A stretch of DNA of 64,000 nt from Clostridia bacterium (GCA_017536475.1 JAFXHH010000007.1:55609-119608); one strand, 5' to 3'; numbered from the stretch's first letter, positions 1 to 10,438 are shown. Program-made: numbers and translations. The notes: a model not told the origin generated them from the letters alone.

Positions 1-1786
1 CGTCGACGACTATACCGCCGTTCGACTTGAGATGCTTGGGTTTCTGGCTCTTCTGAACCATCGTCTCCTCTGTAACGACAGCAGGTTCAGCGTTCACCAC
101 AGTCATCTTGGATATCTCTTCCTTAAGCTTGTTCGCAAGCTTGTTAAGTGCAACGCCTCCGTAACCGACGGCATTATAAAGATCGTCGGCACTCGTAAAG
201 CCGGTTCTTTGTGCCACAACGGCAACCATATCGTTCTTCTGCTGATCGGTAAGCTTAACGTTGTACTTTTTAAACTCACCGTCAAGAATGGCGCGACCAA
301 GCACGATGTTCTCGGGTCTCGACTCCTTCTTAAACCACTGCCTTATCTTCGATCTTGCCTCGCTCGTCTTGACGATATTCAGCCAATCTCGGCTCGGTCC
401 CTTGGTGCTCGACGATGTAAGAACCTCGACAATTTCTCCATTCTGAACCGTGCGGTCAATAGGAACGATCATGCCGTTGATCTTGGCACCTATCATCTTG
501 TTTCCGACTGCAGAGTGTATAGCATAAGCAAAGTCAATTACAGTAGCACCCTGCGGCAGAGGAATTATATCACCCTTGGGTGTGAACGCAAAGACCTCGT
601 CGTGCAAAATATCGGTCTTGATCGCGTCCATAAACTCGTCGGGATCGCGCGTGCCATCCTCGGTCTCTATAAGACGCGATATCCACTCAAGCTTCTTGTC
701 CAGCTCCTGCTTAGAGGATGCACCGGACTTATACTTCCAGTGCGCCGCGATACCGTATTCCGCGATATGATGCATCTCTCTGGTCCTTATCTGGACCTCA
801 AAAGGAATACCCTCGCGCCCGATGACCGTGGTATGCAGGGATCTGTACATATTGGGCTTAGGAGTTGAAATATAGTCCTTGAAGCGTCCGGGAAGCGAGT
901 TGAACATCTCGTGAATGATACCGAGCGTAGCGTAGCACTCAAGCTCGGTGTCAACGATAACACGCAACGCGTAAAAATCGTATATCTCATCGAAGCTCTT
1001 GTTCTGGTTGTACATCTTTTTGTACACGCTGTAGACTGTCTTTATTCTTCCCTCAAGGTAGAAATTGATACCGTTCTCGTTGAGCTTATCCGAAATAACG
1101 GCTCTGATATGCTCGATCAGATTAAGGCTCTTTCCGTATTTGCCCTCGATATCGTTTCTGACCTCGTTATATCCGATCGGGTCAAGATGCTGAAGACTGA
1201 GATTTTCAAGCTCCTGCTTGATCTTCTGCATACCGAGTCGGTGAGCGAGAGGAGCGTATACGTGCATAGTTTCAAGCGCGGTAAGTCTTCTCTTGTTCTC
1301 TTTTTTCGCATCAAGAGTCCTCATATTGTGAAGTCTGTCGCAAAGCTTGATAAAAATGACTCTGACGTCCTTCGACATCGCAAGCAGCATCCTTCTGAGA
1401 TTTTCGATGTGCTGCTCCTCTTTGTCCTCGATCTCAAAGTAAACGAGCTTCGTAAGACCGTCAACGAGCAGAGCCACCTCGGGTCCAAAAAGCTTTTGTA
1501 TTTCCTTGAGGTCGGTCTTGTCGGAGCAGTCCTCGACCGTATCGTGAAGCAGAGCCGCGCATATCGAGTCGGTGTCAAGCTCGAGGCTTGCAACTATCTC
1601 CGCGACCGCCAGAGGATGCGAGATATACGGCTCACCGCTTGCGCGGAACTGTCCGACGTGAAGCATTGCCGCATAATCGTATGCTCTTTGTATTTTTTCA
1701 AGGTCGTAATTCTTTCCCGTGACCCTGAGCAGATCTATCAGCTTTTTAGCTGTAAAATCATTCGTTTGTACCGTGTTGTTGTCCAT
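1..1786 (-). CDS. relA: Bifunctional (p)ppGpp synthetase/hydrolase, RelA/SpoT family; C-terminal end lies beyond the window edge
   Basis: The minus-strand frame is open from ATG 1786 (GGGAGG SD upstream) to position 1, so it is absent from the M-to-stop ORF track. The + ORFs 32..868 and 911..1855 are its antisense shadows. My translation begins MDNNTVQTNDF and contains the HD motif LLHDTVED and synthetase motifs YRSLHTTVIG and EVQIRT, followed by a TGS-like region. Confidence 0.9.
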   Translation of the reverse strand, partial: MDNNTVQTNDFTAKKLIDLLRVTGKNYDLEKIQRAYDYAAMLHVGQFRASGEPYISHPLAVAEIVASLELDTDSICAALLHDTVEDCSDKTDLKEIQKLFGPEVALLVDGLTKLVYFEIEDKEEQHIENLRRMLLAMSKDVRVIFIKLCDRLHNMRTLDAKKENKRRLTALETMHVYAPLAHRLGMQKIKQELENLSLQHLDPIGYNEVRNDIEGKYGKSLNLIEHIRAVISDKLNENGINFYLEGRIKTVYSVYKKMYNQNKSFDEIYDFYALRVIVDTELECYATLGIIHEMFNSLPGRFKDYISTPKPNMYRSLHTTVIGREGIPFEVQIRTREMHHIAEYGIAAHWKYKSGASSKQELDKKLEWISRLIETEDGTRDPDEFMDAIKTDILHDEVFAFTPKGDIIPLPQGATVIDFAYAIHSAVGNKMIGAKINGMIVPIDRTVQNGEIVEVLTSSSTKGPSRDWLNIVKTSEARSKIRQWFKKESRPENIVLGRAILDGEFKKYNVKLTDQQKNDMVAVVAQRTGFTSADDLYNAVGYGGVALNKLANKLKEEISKMTVVNAEPAVVTEETMVQKSQKPKHLKSNGGIVVD

Positions 1787-1851
1787 AAAGATCCCGTGCC
1801 TCCCCCACTATTGCGAAAGAGCCCTCTAATAAAAAATTTATCTATCCAACC

Positions 1852-4053
1852 TTAAGCTCCGCATTGATTACAAAGTCGCTTATAGGTCTCGGATGTTTCA
1901 ATATTGGTTTTTGCGGCATTTTTATACACTTCTACCGAAACGACCTCGCTCGATTCTTCAGAAATGCCGCAAACGTTTATATCTCCGAGGATGGAGATCG
2001 CAAACCGAAGCTTAGGATAGCTTACGTTGACGCGCAAATGCTCGAAAAGCTGCGAGCGAAGCATTCGGTATGTAAAGGAGGTGTGCCCACTCATATTTTC
2101 GCGTCTGAAGAAGCGGTAAAGCTCGGCTATATCGGCTCTTGAAGGCAGAATATCCTCATCACAGGAGAACTCCGCGCCGTCAAGTATCTCGTGATATCTG
2201 TGGCGCTCGTGATCGTATTCGGTCTCGCACTCATCAGAAAGTCTGATGTCCTGAATGACGAGCTGTACCGTAGATACTCCCCTGAATTCGTTTATATTCA
2301 TCTGACAGAGCAGATCGACCTTCTCCCCTGGGTAAAAATCCACCGAGGATGCAGGCATGCCGAAGTAGACCGCTTGGAAATTGCGATTTTCCGAACCCAA
2401 AAGCAGCTTTGAGTGCTTTCCTGCGCCCATCGAAATGACCTTATTGAGCGTAAGTCCCTTGATTAGAAATACGGGAGTGGGGTTTGCGACTCCGAATGGC
2501 TCCAATACCGCAAGCTCGTTGGCTAAGGAGAGCTCAATCTCATCGCTATGTATCTCGCAATCGACATCGTATTTAATGCAGGAAAGATCCTCGGTCAGAT
2601 GCTCTCTTGCATACTCGTTGATCCTTTTTCTGAACTCGTCGAGATTACACCTCATGACCGAAAGTCCCGCCGCCAGCTCGTGACCGCCGAAGCGGACGAG
2701 AAGATCACGGCAGTAATCAAGTGCGCCGACGAGGTTCATACCCTTTATAGAGCGACCCGATCCCTTTCCAACGTCATCAAGACTGCTATATCCGCGCGTT
2801 GCACCGTCAAACGAGATAAGTATCGAGGGCAGACCGTATTTTTCGGTAATTCGTGAAGAAACTATACCGATAATTCCCTGCTGCCAGGTGTCGTCATCAA
2901 GCACGATAACTCGGTCGTTTTCAAAATCGTGCTTCTCCTCAATAGTCTTATATGCAGCCTCCGCAATAGCGTTCTCCTCTTTTTGTCTTCGGAGATTTAT
3001 CTGACAAAGCTCGTGCGCCTTCTCGGCAGCTCTGTCCTTATCCTCCTCAAGCAAAAGCTCGACCGCCTTTTGTGCGGAGCTGATCCTTCCCGCCGCATTT
3101 ATTCTCGGAGCAAGCGCAAAGCCGATAAATCCTGCGCTCATCTTTTTCTTTTTGACCTTTTCGGGCTCACCCACAGCGGGACGAGCGTTGCCCGAAGGCG
3201 CACTTGCCGCCTCTATAAGTGCCGAAAGACCGATCCTCTCGGTCTGTGACAGAGACGCAAGCCCTCTCTTAACTATTATTCTGTTTTCATCGATCAGGGG
3301 CATAACGTCGGCAACCGTGCCGATAGCCGCAAGATCTGAATATTCCTCAAACACACGCTCGATACAAGCCGTTTTATCCTCGTCGCTGTGACGGCTGATC
3401 TCACAAGCGCAGATCAGCTTGAATACGACGCCAACGCCCGCCAGCTCCTTGAAGGGATACTCGCAATCGGGTCTGTGAGGGTTGACTACCGCACAGGCAA
3501 CGGGAAGCTCACCGTGACACTCGTGGTGGTCGGTTATGACCATCTCCATTCCAAGCTCGCGCGCGTAATCTGCCTCCGCGTTCGCCGTAATACCCGTGTC
3601 GACCGTTATGATAAGCTGTGTACCCGAATTTTTAAGATTTTCAAGGGACATAGTCGAAAGACCGTACCCCTCCTTGCTTCTCGAGGGAATGTAATAATCA
3701 ATATCCGCGCCGAGCGACTTCAGGTAGAGATATATCAGCGTCACCGCAGTAACACCGTCCACGTCGTAGTCACCGTAGACCGTTATCTTCTCTCCTCTTT
3801 CAAGCGCTTCGTTTATACGGCGTACCGCCTTGTCCATATCCTTCATCAGATACGGATCGTGTGCCCTTTCGATCGACGGAGACAAAAAGCTCTCGACCGA
3901 CAATGCTGTCCTGTATCCTCTGTTGTATATAAGCTTCGCCGCCACCTCGGATATACCGTTTTCCGCCGCGATAGCACCGATCGCGCTATCAACGTCACTA
4001 TTCCCCGGCGTATACCTCAGCGACCAGACCTTCTTCTTCTCATTTAAATTCAT
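1852..4053 (-). CDS. recJ: Single-stranded-DNA-specific exonuclease RecJ
   Basis: 733-aa ORF with DHH motifs DYDVDGVT, ITVDTG and ITDHHE, and DHHA1 motif GGHELAAG. ATG is preceded by a GGAG SD. Confidence 0.92.
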   Translation of the reverse strand: MNLNEKKKVWSLRYTPGNSDVDSAIGAIAAENGISEVAAKLIYNRGYRTALSVESFLSPSIERAHDPYLMKDMDKAVRRINEALERGEKITVYGDYDVDGVTAVTLIYLYLKSLGADIDYYIPSRSKEGYGLSTMSLENLKNSGTQLIITVDTGITANAEADYARELGMEMVITDHHECHGELPVACAVVNPHRPDCEYPFKELAGVGVVFKLICACEISRHSDEDKTACIERVFEEYSDLAAIGTVADVMPLIDENRIIVKRGLASLSQTERIGLSALIEAASAPSGNARPAVGEPEKVKKKKMSAGFIGFALAPRINAAGRISSAQKAVELLLEEDKDRAAEKAHELCQINLRRQKEENAIAEAAYKTIEEKHDFENDRVIVLDDDTWQQGIIGIVSSRITEKYGLPSILISFDGATRGYSSLDDVGKGSGRSIKGMNLVGALDYCRDLLVRFGGHELAAGLSVMRCNLDEFRKRINEYAREHLTEDLSCIKYDVDCEIHSDEIELSLANELAVLEPFGVANPTPVFLIKGLTLNKVISMGAGKHSKLLLGSENRNFQAVYFGMPASSVDFYPGEKVDLLCQMNINEFRGVSTVQLVIQDIRLSDECETEYDHERHRYHEILDGAEFSCDEDILPSRADIAELYRFFRRENMSGHTSFTYRMLRSQLFEHLRVNVSYPKLRFAISILGDINVCGISEESSEVVSVEVYKNAAKTNIETSETYKRLCNQCGA

Positions 4054-4091
4054 TTCAACTCCAAAACTCTATATAACCAAAAATTATTTAC

Positions 4092-4133
4092 AAAAATCAG
4101 GTCAGATTGCCGAAAAGTGATCTCGGCAATCTG
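4092..4133 (-). terminator. Intrinsic terminator after the FAD-dependent dehydrogenase gene
   Basis: An 11-bp stem CAGATTGCCGA/TCGGCAATCTG, with UUUUU beginning 6 nt after the stem. Confidence 0.5.
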
Positions 4134-4158
4134 AAAAACGATCTTATTGATCAGCCGC

Positions 4159-5778
4159 CTATTCAAACGGCTTAAATCTTGAGGCGATAGCCATCGCCAC
4201 CTTAACGCCGTCAACCGCGGCGCTCGTAATACCACCGGCATATCCCGCACCCTCCCCGCAGGGATAAATGCTCTTTTTGCCAATGGCTCTCATATCCTCT
4301 CCGCGCAAAATTCTCAGCGGAGATGACGTCCTCGTTTCAGCACCCGATAAAAGCGCGGGATCCGAGGCAAATCCTTTTATTTTTTTATCAAAAGAGGCAA
4401 GCCCGTAACGCAACGAGTCACAAACGAAGGACGGCAGTACGTCATCCATTGATGCGACCTTGAAATTATTGCCTCCCATATAGGTCGGAAATACTGAACT
4501 TGGTTCACTTCCCGATCTTTTATTCATAAAATCTCCAACGGTCTGTACGGGCACGGCGTATCCGCCCCCGCCCGCCGCGAAAGCACGACGCTCTATCGAT
4601 CTTTGAAATTCTATTGCTCCGAGCGCGAGACTTCCGTCTACCGCCTCGTAATCCTCGACTCTGACCGAGACCGCGACTGCGGAGTTTGAGTTTTCACCGT
4701 CACGGGCAAAATGGCTCATTCCGTTGACGACTACTCCGCCCTCCTCGCTTGCCGCCGCGACGACCTCGCCGCCGGGGCACATGCAGAAGGTGTAAACTCC
4801 CCTCTCGCCTCGAGTATCGGAAAGCGCGTATTCAGCCGCGCCCAAAGCGGGCTCACCGGCAAACCGTCCGTACAAAGCCTCCTCGATAAAGCTTCTCTTG
4901 TGCTCTATTCTCACGCCGACCGATATCGGCTTGGGAATTATGTCAAACTGACTTTCAATAAGCGTACGGTAGGTATCACGAGCGCTGTGACCGAGCGCGA
5001 GCACGACAGACGAAGCAAGAAAATCGCCCTTGCTCGTCGAAGCCTCGACAAGCCCGTCGCTTCTCTCACGGATACCCGTCAGCTTGCAACGGTATATGAC
5101 CTCGCCGCCAAGCTTCTCTATCTGCCCGAGTATATTGCCGACCACCGTTCTCAAAACGTCCGTGCCCACGTGCGGCTTCGCCTTGACCGTTATCTCCTTC
5201 GGAGCACCGAATTTAACGAGCGTTTCAAGCACGTAAGCGCATTTGGGATCGTTGATCCTCGTTAGCAGCTTGCCGTCCGAAAACGTACCCGCGCCGCCCG
5301 CACCGAACTGAATATTAGACTCGGTGTCAAGAATATGCTCCGAATAAAATCTTTCAAGCGATGCCACTCTGTCGGCAACGCTGTCTCCGCGGTCGATAAT
5401 TATCGGCTTGTATCCGTTTTCGGCAAGTATCAGCGCGCAGAACATACCCGCAGGCCCCATTCCGACCACAAGAGGTCTTTTCTGCATCGTTTCGTTTCCG
5501 ACCTTGATCTCAAGCTCCTCGGTCGTCACAGTCCTTGCTCCAAGCTTGGCTATGCGGTCGCATTCCTTTTCTGCGAGATGATCGAAGCTGACGAGCACGG
5601 AATAGATCAATCGGATATCGTCCTTGTGCCTTGCGTCAACAGACTTTTTGCAGATTGCTAACCCACATCTGTCGCACGCTATCCCAATTCCCCTCAGCCT
5701 TTTCTCTACCACACGCAACGCATCGGAGGGATCGGCAGAAAACGGCAGGGATATTCCGTCAAATATATATTTTCTCAT
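4159..5778 (-). CDS. FAD-dependent dehydrogenase of unknown substrate (COG2509-like)
   Basis: 539 aa with dinucleotide-binding motif GMGPAGMFCALILAENG...IIDRG. Its ATG overlaps the cdaR stop (TAATG). Confidence 0.75.
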   Translation of the reverse strand: MRKYIFDGISLPFSADPSDALRVVEKRLRGIGIACDRCGLAICKKSVDARHKDDIRLIYSVLVSFDHLAEKECDRIAKLGARTVTTEELEIKVGNETMQKRPLVVGMGPAGMFCALILAENGYKPIIIDRGDSVADRVASLERFYSEHILDTESNIQFGAGGAGTFSDGKLLTRINDPKCAYVLETLVKFGAPKEITVKAKPHVGTDVLRTVVGNILGQIEKLGGEVIYRCKLTGIRERSDGLVEASTSKGDFLASSVVLALGHSARDTYRTLIESQFDIIPKPISVGVRIEHKRSFIEEALYGRFAGEPALGAAEYALSDTRGERGVYTFCMCPGGEVVAAASEEGGVVVNGMSHFARDGENSNSAVAVSVRVEDYEAVDGSLALGAIEFQRSIERRAFAAGGGGYAVPVQTVGDFMNKRSGSEPSSVFPTYMGGNNFKVASMDDVLPSFVCDSLRYGLASFDKKIKGFASDPALLSGAETRTSSPLRILRGEDMRAIGKKSIYPCGEGAGYAGGITSAAVDGVKVAMAIASRFKPFE

Positions 5779-6803
5779 TATTTCGACGCATCGGCGGTTG
5801 AATTGATCTGAATATATACGGATATAGGAGTTTCTCCAAAGCTGATACCCTCATCAATATCTTCGTTCGTTAAAACGACCTCTACCGTTTGACCGATCAT
5901 CACACTGTCAAGACCTATGGTGTATTTGTCTATTTCGGCAAGCACTGCAGGATCTCCGTAAAGAGTAACCTTTTCGGTACTCATCGTAGCAAACCATTCC
6001 CCATCCTCAAGTCCCGCAACCGTTACAGATAGCGGCACCTCTTTCTTACCGATAGCGAGAACGTCTACAACGATATCATTGGAAGAATAAGAGATCAACC
6101 CTGCATCATAAGTGACAAAATCTCCGTTTTTATCACAGAAAACCAAAGAACAATTCGAAAAGCTCTTGCCCATACGTATATCACCCTCGATACAGTATTT
6201 GGCAGACTCAACCGTGTCGATCAACTGCTTGGGACCCGTGATCTCAACAAAATCGACCGATTTAACAACGCTGTGATATCCTTCGGATTCGGGAAGCATT
6301 ATCGCGTTTTTGCCGTAAAAGGTATCAAACGGAACAGTTTTGGTTAATACGGTGTCTGAATAAAAGGTTACGTTGGAAGAATCCATCGAAACAAGACTTA
6401 TATTTGCTCCTGCGGGAAGCTGTATTGAGATCGGCAGCGTATGCTTTCCGCTGTCCGATATATCGCTGACGTTCACCGTCGCACTGTAATCCGAATCGTG
6501 ATGCTTTCTCAGCTCTCTGTTAGAGCCCTTCACGGTAATGGTCACAGTTCCCTTGTCCATACCGTATATCATCATATCTTCGTTTGCGTTCAGAATGTCC
6601 GCGCCTACTACGTTGATATTCAGAGTTATCTTCTCGGTCTTATCAACAACGTTGACGTTCACCATATATATCCAGATCAGGAGAGCTATAAGAAAGCAAA
6701 CCACTCTGGCTCCGAGATCAATATTTTTCTTTTTTGATCGCTCAACGACTATCGAACCGTCTTTTTTCCCGTCCGCGTCGTTTATAAAGCTGAATTTTTT
6801 CAT
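5778..6803 (-). CDS. cdaR: YbbR-domain protein, CdaA regulator CdaR
   Basis: 341 aa with an N-terminal TM helix followed by repeated beta-rich YbbR-like modules. Start overlaps the cdaA stop (ATGA), the position conserved downstream of cdaA. Confidence 0.8.
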   Translation of the reverse strand: MKKFSFINDADGKKDGSIVVERSKKKNIDLGARVVCFLIALLIWIYMVNVNVVDKTEKITLNINVVGADILNANEDMMIYGMDKGTVTITVKGSNRELRKHHDSDYSATVNVSDISDSGKHTLPISIQLPAGANISLVSMDSSNVTFYSDTVLTKTVPFDTFYGKNAIMLPESEGYHSVVKSVDFVEITGPKQLIDTVESAKYCIEGDIRMGKSFSNCSLVFCDKNGDFVTYDAGLISYSSNDIVVDVLAIGKKEVPLSVTVAGLEDGEWFATMSTEKVTLYGDPAVLAEIDKYTIGLDSVMIGQTVEVVLTNEDIDEGISFGETPISVYIQINSTADASK

Positions 6804-7759
6804 TCCTTACGCTCACCTCCGTTCTCTGTATTTTCAGGATCAGCGCCGTTTCCGCTTGTCGCAGAGCTCTTTCCCGTAGTGCTCTCGGCAACCGTGCGTC
6901 CCGTAAGCAGCTTGAAAAGATCGTCCTTCAGGTCTCCCGATTTGTGCACACTTTCCTTTTCGTAATGTCTCTTAAGAAGCTTATTGTTTGCAACGGATAT
7001 AGTTCCCGTCTCCTCGGAAACGACGACCACGATAGCGTCGCTGACCTCGCTTATCTTGAGTGCGGCACGGTGACGTGTGCCAAGACCCTCAACCATCGGT
7101 CCGTTTTCGGCAATGGTCTTCGATTTGCTTGAAGCACAAACTATTCTTCCGTCTCTGATGATGACTGCGCCGTCGTGAAGCGGAGATTTATTAACGAAAA
7201 TATTACAAAGCAGCTCGTGCGACACTACGGCATCGATAGGAGTGCCCTCGGACATCTGATTTCTCAGAGTTCCCTGTCTTTCGATAACGATCAGCGCGCC
7301 CTCTCCCTTACCCGAGAGATCGAATGCCGCCTTACATATCTCGTTTACGTAGTGAAGTATCCTCTCATCGTCGGTGATGTGACGGTTTCTGAATCTTTTT
7401 ATATTGTCGGACGTAGTCGCACCGAATTCCTCGAGAACGTCGCGAAGCTCGGGCTGAAACAGTACGCAAAGCGCAATAATACCGACCGCATAGAAATTCT
7501 TCAGTATCGAGTTTATCGCCACCATATTGAAAATATCGCTTATAACGTACAGTACGATCAGTAATCCCAGACCGATAACGGCTCTTCCCGCATGTCTGTC
7601 CCTTATGAACTTGTAGACGATATAGATCAGACCCGAAAGCAGCAATATATCCACTACGTCCACGAACGTTATCTGGGATACCGAAAACCATACGTAGTCC
7701 TTAAAAAGCTGGACGATATTATCCCATAGTGATATCGAAAGTTTTATGTTTTGAAGCAT
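6800..7759 (-). CDS. cdaA: Diadenylate cyclase CdaA (DisA_N domain)
   Basis: Three N-terminal TM helices, then DAC-domain motifs LHDGAVII and GTRHRAAL. The track ORF starts at a TTG (7780). I prefer ATG 7759, which has GAAAGGA 8 nt upstream. Confidence 0.88.
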   Translation of the reverse strand: MLQNIKLSISLWDNIVQLFKDYVWFSVSQITFVDVVDILLLSGLIYIVYKFIRDRHAGRAVIGLGLLIVLYVISDIFNMVAINSILKNFYAVGIIALCVLFQPELRDVLEEFGATTSDNIKRFRNRHITDDERILHYVNEICKAAFDLSGKGEGALIVIERQGTLRNQMSEGTPIDAVVSHELLCNIFVNKSPLHDGAVIIRDGRIVCASSKSKTIAENGPMVEGLGTRHRAALKISEVSDAIVVVVSEETGTISVANNKLLKRHYEKESVHKSGDLKDDLFKLLTGRTVAESTTGKSSATSGNGADPENTENGGERKE

Positions 7760-7861
7760 CTTTTCGATCCTTTCTGTCAAATTACGGTTGACTGCGGAGA
7801 CTTATAGCCGAAAACACCTTGCGGCGCAGATCTCCGAGCAATCCTTACAATATTTGCGGCA

Positions 7862-9328
7862 TTACTTGCCCGTCTTATTTGAGTTAGCCCCCGCTTTGAG
7901 CATATCGTTCTTTATTCCCCAAAGCTTCTCCGAAAGATCCACATAGTAGTTGTGCGGATTGGTAAAGCGTTTTACCTCTTCCCACATTCCCTCTATCTCT
8001 TTTGCGTGGTGCTCTCTGATCTCCTTCAAGGAGGGGAGCTCGTATACCTGCTTGCCGTCCTTGAATATCGGAACGAGCAGCTCGGTGGCGGTGAAGTTTT
8101 CAATAGTCTTGCGCTTCCATGTGTGCTCGGGATCGAACACCTCGAGAGGCTTGGAGTCGTCGATCACCTCGTCGTAAAGACAGATGAGGTCGACCTCCGC
8201 TTTGCCCGTATCTCTGCCGCGCAATCTGTATATCTTTTTAAAATGCGGAGTGGTGATCTTGCCAACGTTTTCGCTGATCTTGATCTTCGGTCTTATATTT
8301 CCGTCCTCGTCCTCGACCGCACAAAGCTTATATACCGCACCGAAAACGGGATGGCTCTTTGCGGTGATAAGGCGCTCACCAACGCCGAAGCCGTCGATCT
8401 CCGCGCCCTGTCTGATAAGCTCGCGGATTATATATTCGTCAAGCGAATTCGATACGATGATACGGCATTCCGTCCAGCCCGCGTCGTCAAGCATCTTGCG
8501 GCATTTCTTGGAAAGATAGGTGATATCTCCCGAGTCGATACGGATACCGCACTTGGTGATTCCGCGAGGTCTCAACACCTCGTTAAATACCTTTATCGCA
8601 TTCGGAATTCCCGATTCGATCACGTTATAAGTATCTACGAGAAGCGTCGCGTTATTCGGATATATCTCGCAATAGGTCTTGAACGCCTCGTATTCGGTAT
8701 CAAACATCTGCACCCAGGAGTGCGCCATGGTTCCCGTTGCGGGAACGCCAAATACCTCGTCGGTAATAGTACAGGCCGTAGCGCCGCAACCGCCTATGTA
8801 AGCCGCGCGTGCACCGAGTATTGCCGCGTCCGCGCCCTGCGCTCTGCGAGATCCAAACTCACTCACAAGCCTTCCCTTTGCCGCGCGAGTAATGCGCGCC
8901 GCCTTCGTGGCGATCAGCGACTCGTGGTTGATGATCATAAGAATGTAGGTCTCGATGAACTGCGCCTCGATCGCCTTGGCTCTGACAGTCATCAAGGGCT
9001 CGCCCGGGAAAACGACCGTTCCCTCGGGGATCGCCCATATATCTCCCGTGAACTTGAACGTGCGGAGATATTCGAGAAATTCCTCGTCAAAGCAATTCTT
9101 TGAACGGAGATATTCGATATCGTCCTCGTCAAAGTGAAGGTCGTTGATATATTCGACTATCTGCTCAAGACCCGCAACTACGGCAAATCCGCCGCCGTCG
9201 GGATTATCGCGGTAAAAGACGTCAAAATAAACGGTCTTATCCTTGATACCGCATTTAAAGTATCCGTTGCTCATAGTCAGCTCGTAAAAATCGCAAAGCA
9301 TCGTAAGGTTTCTGCTTATATCCTTCAT
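7862..9328 (-). CDS. pncB: Nicotinate phosphoribosyltransferase
   Basis: NAPRTase-like throughout (NLTMLCDFYELTM, GTMAHSWVQ). The track start at 9379 has no SD. I prefer MKDISRNLTML at 9328, which lies downstream of AAGGAAAGGA. The start remains uncertain by 17 codons. Confidence 0.85.
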   Translation of the reverse strand: MKDISRNLTMLCDFYELTMSNGYFKCGIKDKTVYFDVFYRDNPDGGGFAVVAGLEQIVEYINDLHFDEDDIEYLRSKNCFDEEFLEYLRTFKFTGDIWAIPEGTVVFPGEPLMTVRAKAIEAQFIETYILMIINHESLIATKAARITRAAKGRLVSEFGSRRAQGADAAILGARAAYIGGCGATACTITDEVFGVPATGTMAHSWVQMFDTEYEAFKTYCEIYPNNATLLVDTYNVIESGIPNAIKVFNEVLRPRGITKCGIRIDSGDITYLSKKCRKMLDDAGWTECRIIVSNSLDEYIIRELIRQGAEIDGFGVGERLITAKSHPVFGAVYKLCAVEDEDGNIRPKIKISENVGKITTPHFKKIYRLRGRDTGKAEVDLICLYDEVIDDSKPLEVFDPEHTWKRKTIENFTATELLVPIFKDGKQVYELPSLKEIREHHAKEIEGMWEEVKRFTNPHNYYVDLSEKLWGIKNDMLKAGANSNKTGK

Positions 9329-9450
9329 ATCCGTTAAGTTCCTTTCCTTCGTCTTTAGTCCAAATAGTTCTCGGAGCATTTAACGATCCATATCGGTTGA
9401 ATTTCCGATGATTTGGGCACTAATACTCCAATTTTAATATAACATATATT

Positions 9451-9480
9451 ATTATAACAGAAAAACGGCAGTAAAGTCAA
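9451..9480 (-). promoter_or_regulatory. Sigma-A-type promoter of pncB (TTGACT-18-TATAAT)
   Basis: Hexamers and spacing read directly on the minus strand. Confidence 0.5.
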
Positions 9481-9552
9481 GGGTTTTTCCAAATTATATA
9501 AGGCTTTTTTTGCATTTTCGGGAACATTTTTGCAATTATTTACAAAAAAGAT

Positions 9553-9580
9553 AAAAACGGTCAAAAATTGACCGTTTTTT
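9553..9580. terminator. Bidirectional intrinsic terminator
   Basis: Stem ACGGTCAA-AAA-TTGACCGT flanked by an A-run and a T-run. Confidence 0.7.
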
Positions 9581-9652
9581 CGTTGTATTCAGACACCAAA
9601 AGGGCTTGGAATTTGCCTTGTGAGTTTTTAGGGGATTCGTTCGGTGACAACG

Positions 9653-10438
9653 TCACTCTACAGCGGGAGTTTCTCTTTTATTATGAGCATTTTCGAGCTT
9701 GTCCGCACAGAGATTGAGCGCCAAGAACATAATAAAATAGCATATCACCGCAAGCACGACCTCCGCCAGATAAGCGACGATCATAAGCAGCGGATCGAGG
9801 ATCTTTTCGATCGTCAGAATATCATTGATCGCTTGTGTCATAAGGCTTATAAGCAATATAACGATCGAGCACGCGAGGGTGGATCGAAGCAGACAATTCT
9901 CCTTATCGTAGAGCTTTTTGAACGGGAAGATCTCGGGAATAAGGTGATCCTTGCCCACCTTTTTGCAGAACTCAACCGCCCTCCAGTGACGCGAAATAAG
10001 CGCGCAAACGATTGCCAAAACGAGCGCAAGCTGCAAAATTTCAAGGATCGAGTAGTACAAAACGTACAGGATATCGACGAGCCAGGTGGTCGGGATACCG
10101 CCGTTATTTACCCAGTCAACGATAGCATTTAGTGAATATTTATACAAGGTTGCGCCCATAAATATTCCTACTCCGCCCTTAAAATTCGAGAGAGCAAATC
10201 GGTATATTCCATAGATGAAGATCGCGTATGCTACCGCAACGGCGACCAGCTCGAGCAACCGTCTGAGATAAAACAAAATATCAACCAGCACGGAGCCGTC
10301 ATACATGATATCACTTATCACACCAATATATATCGGGGATACCACGAGTCCGTTAAGCGTGTATATCGCCGCAAGCGCGATCGCGCTGAACAGATACAGC
10401 TTTTTTCTTAATGCTTTTTTATTATCGTCTAATTTCAT
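9653..10438 (-). CDS. Polytopic membrane protein, function unknown
   Basis: About 6-7 hydrophobic helices by eye and no motif I recognise. ATG 10438 (GAGG SD) is preferred over the TTG at 10453. Confidence 0.6.
   Translation of the reverse strand: MKLDDNKKALRKKLYLFSAIALAAIYTLNGLVVSPIYIGVISDIMYDGSVLVDILFYLRRLLELVAVAVAYAIFIYGIYRFALSNFKGGVGIFMGATLYKYSLNAIVDWVNNGGIPTTWLVDILYVLYYSILEILQLALVLAIVCALISRHWRAVEFCKKVGKDHLIPEIFPFKKLYDKENCLLRSTLACSIVILLISLMTQAINDILTIEKILDPLLMIVAYLAEVVLAVICYFIMFLALNLCADKLENAHNKRETPAVE

Noticed and set aside
32-1855. Two long + strand ORFs (32..868, 911..1855) at the window start
   Set aside because: Their translations are low-complexity and motif-free. The opposite strand encodes an uninterrupted RelA/SpoT homolog with all hallmark motifs, so they are antisense shadows.
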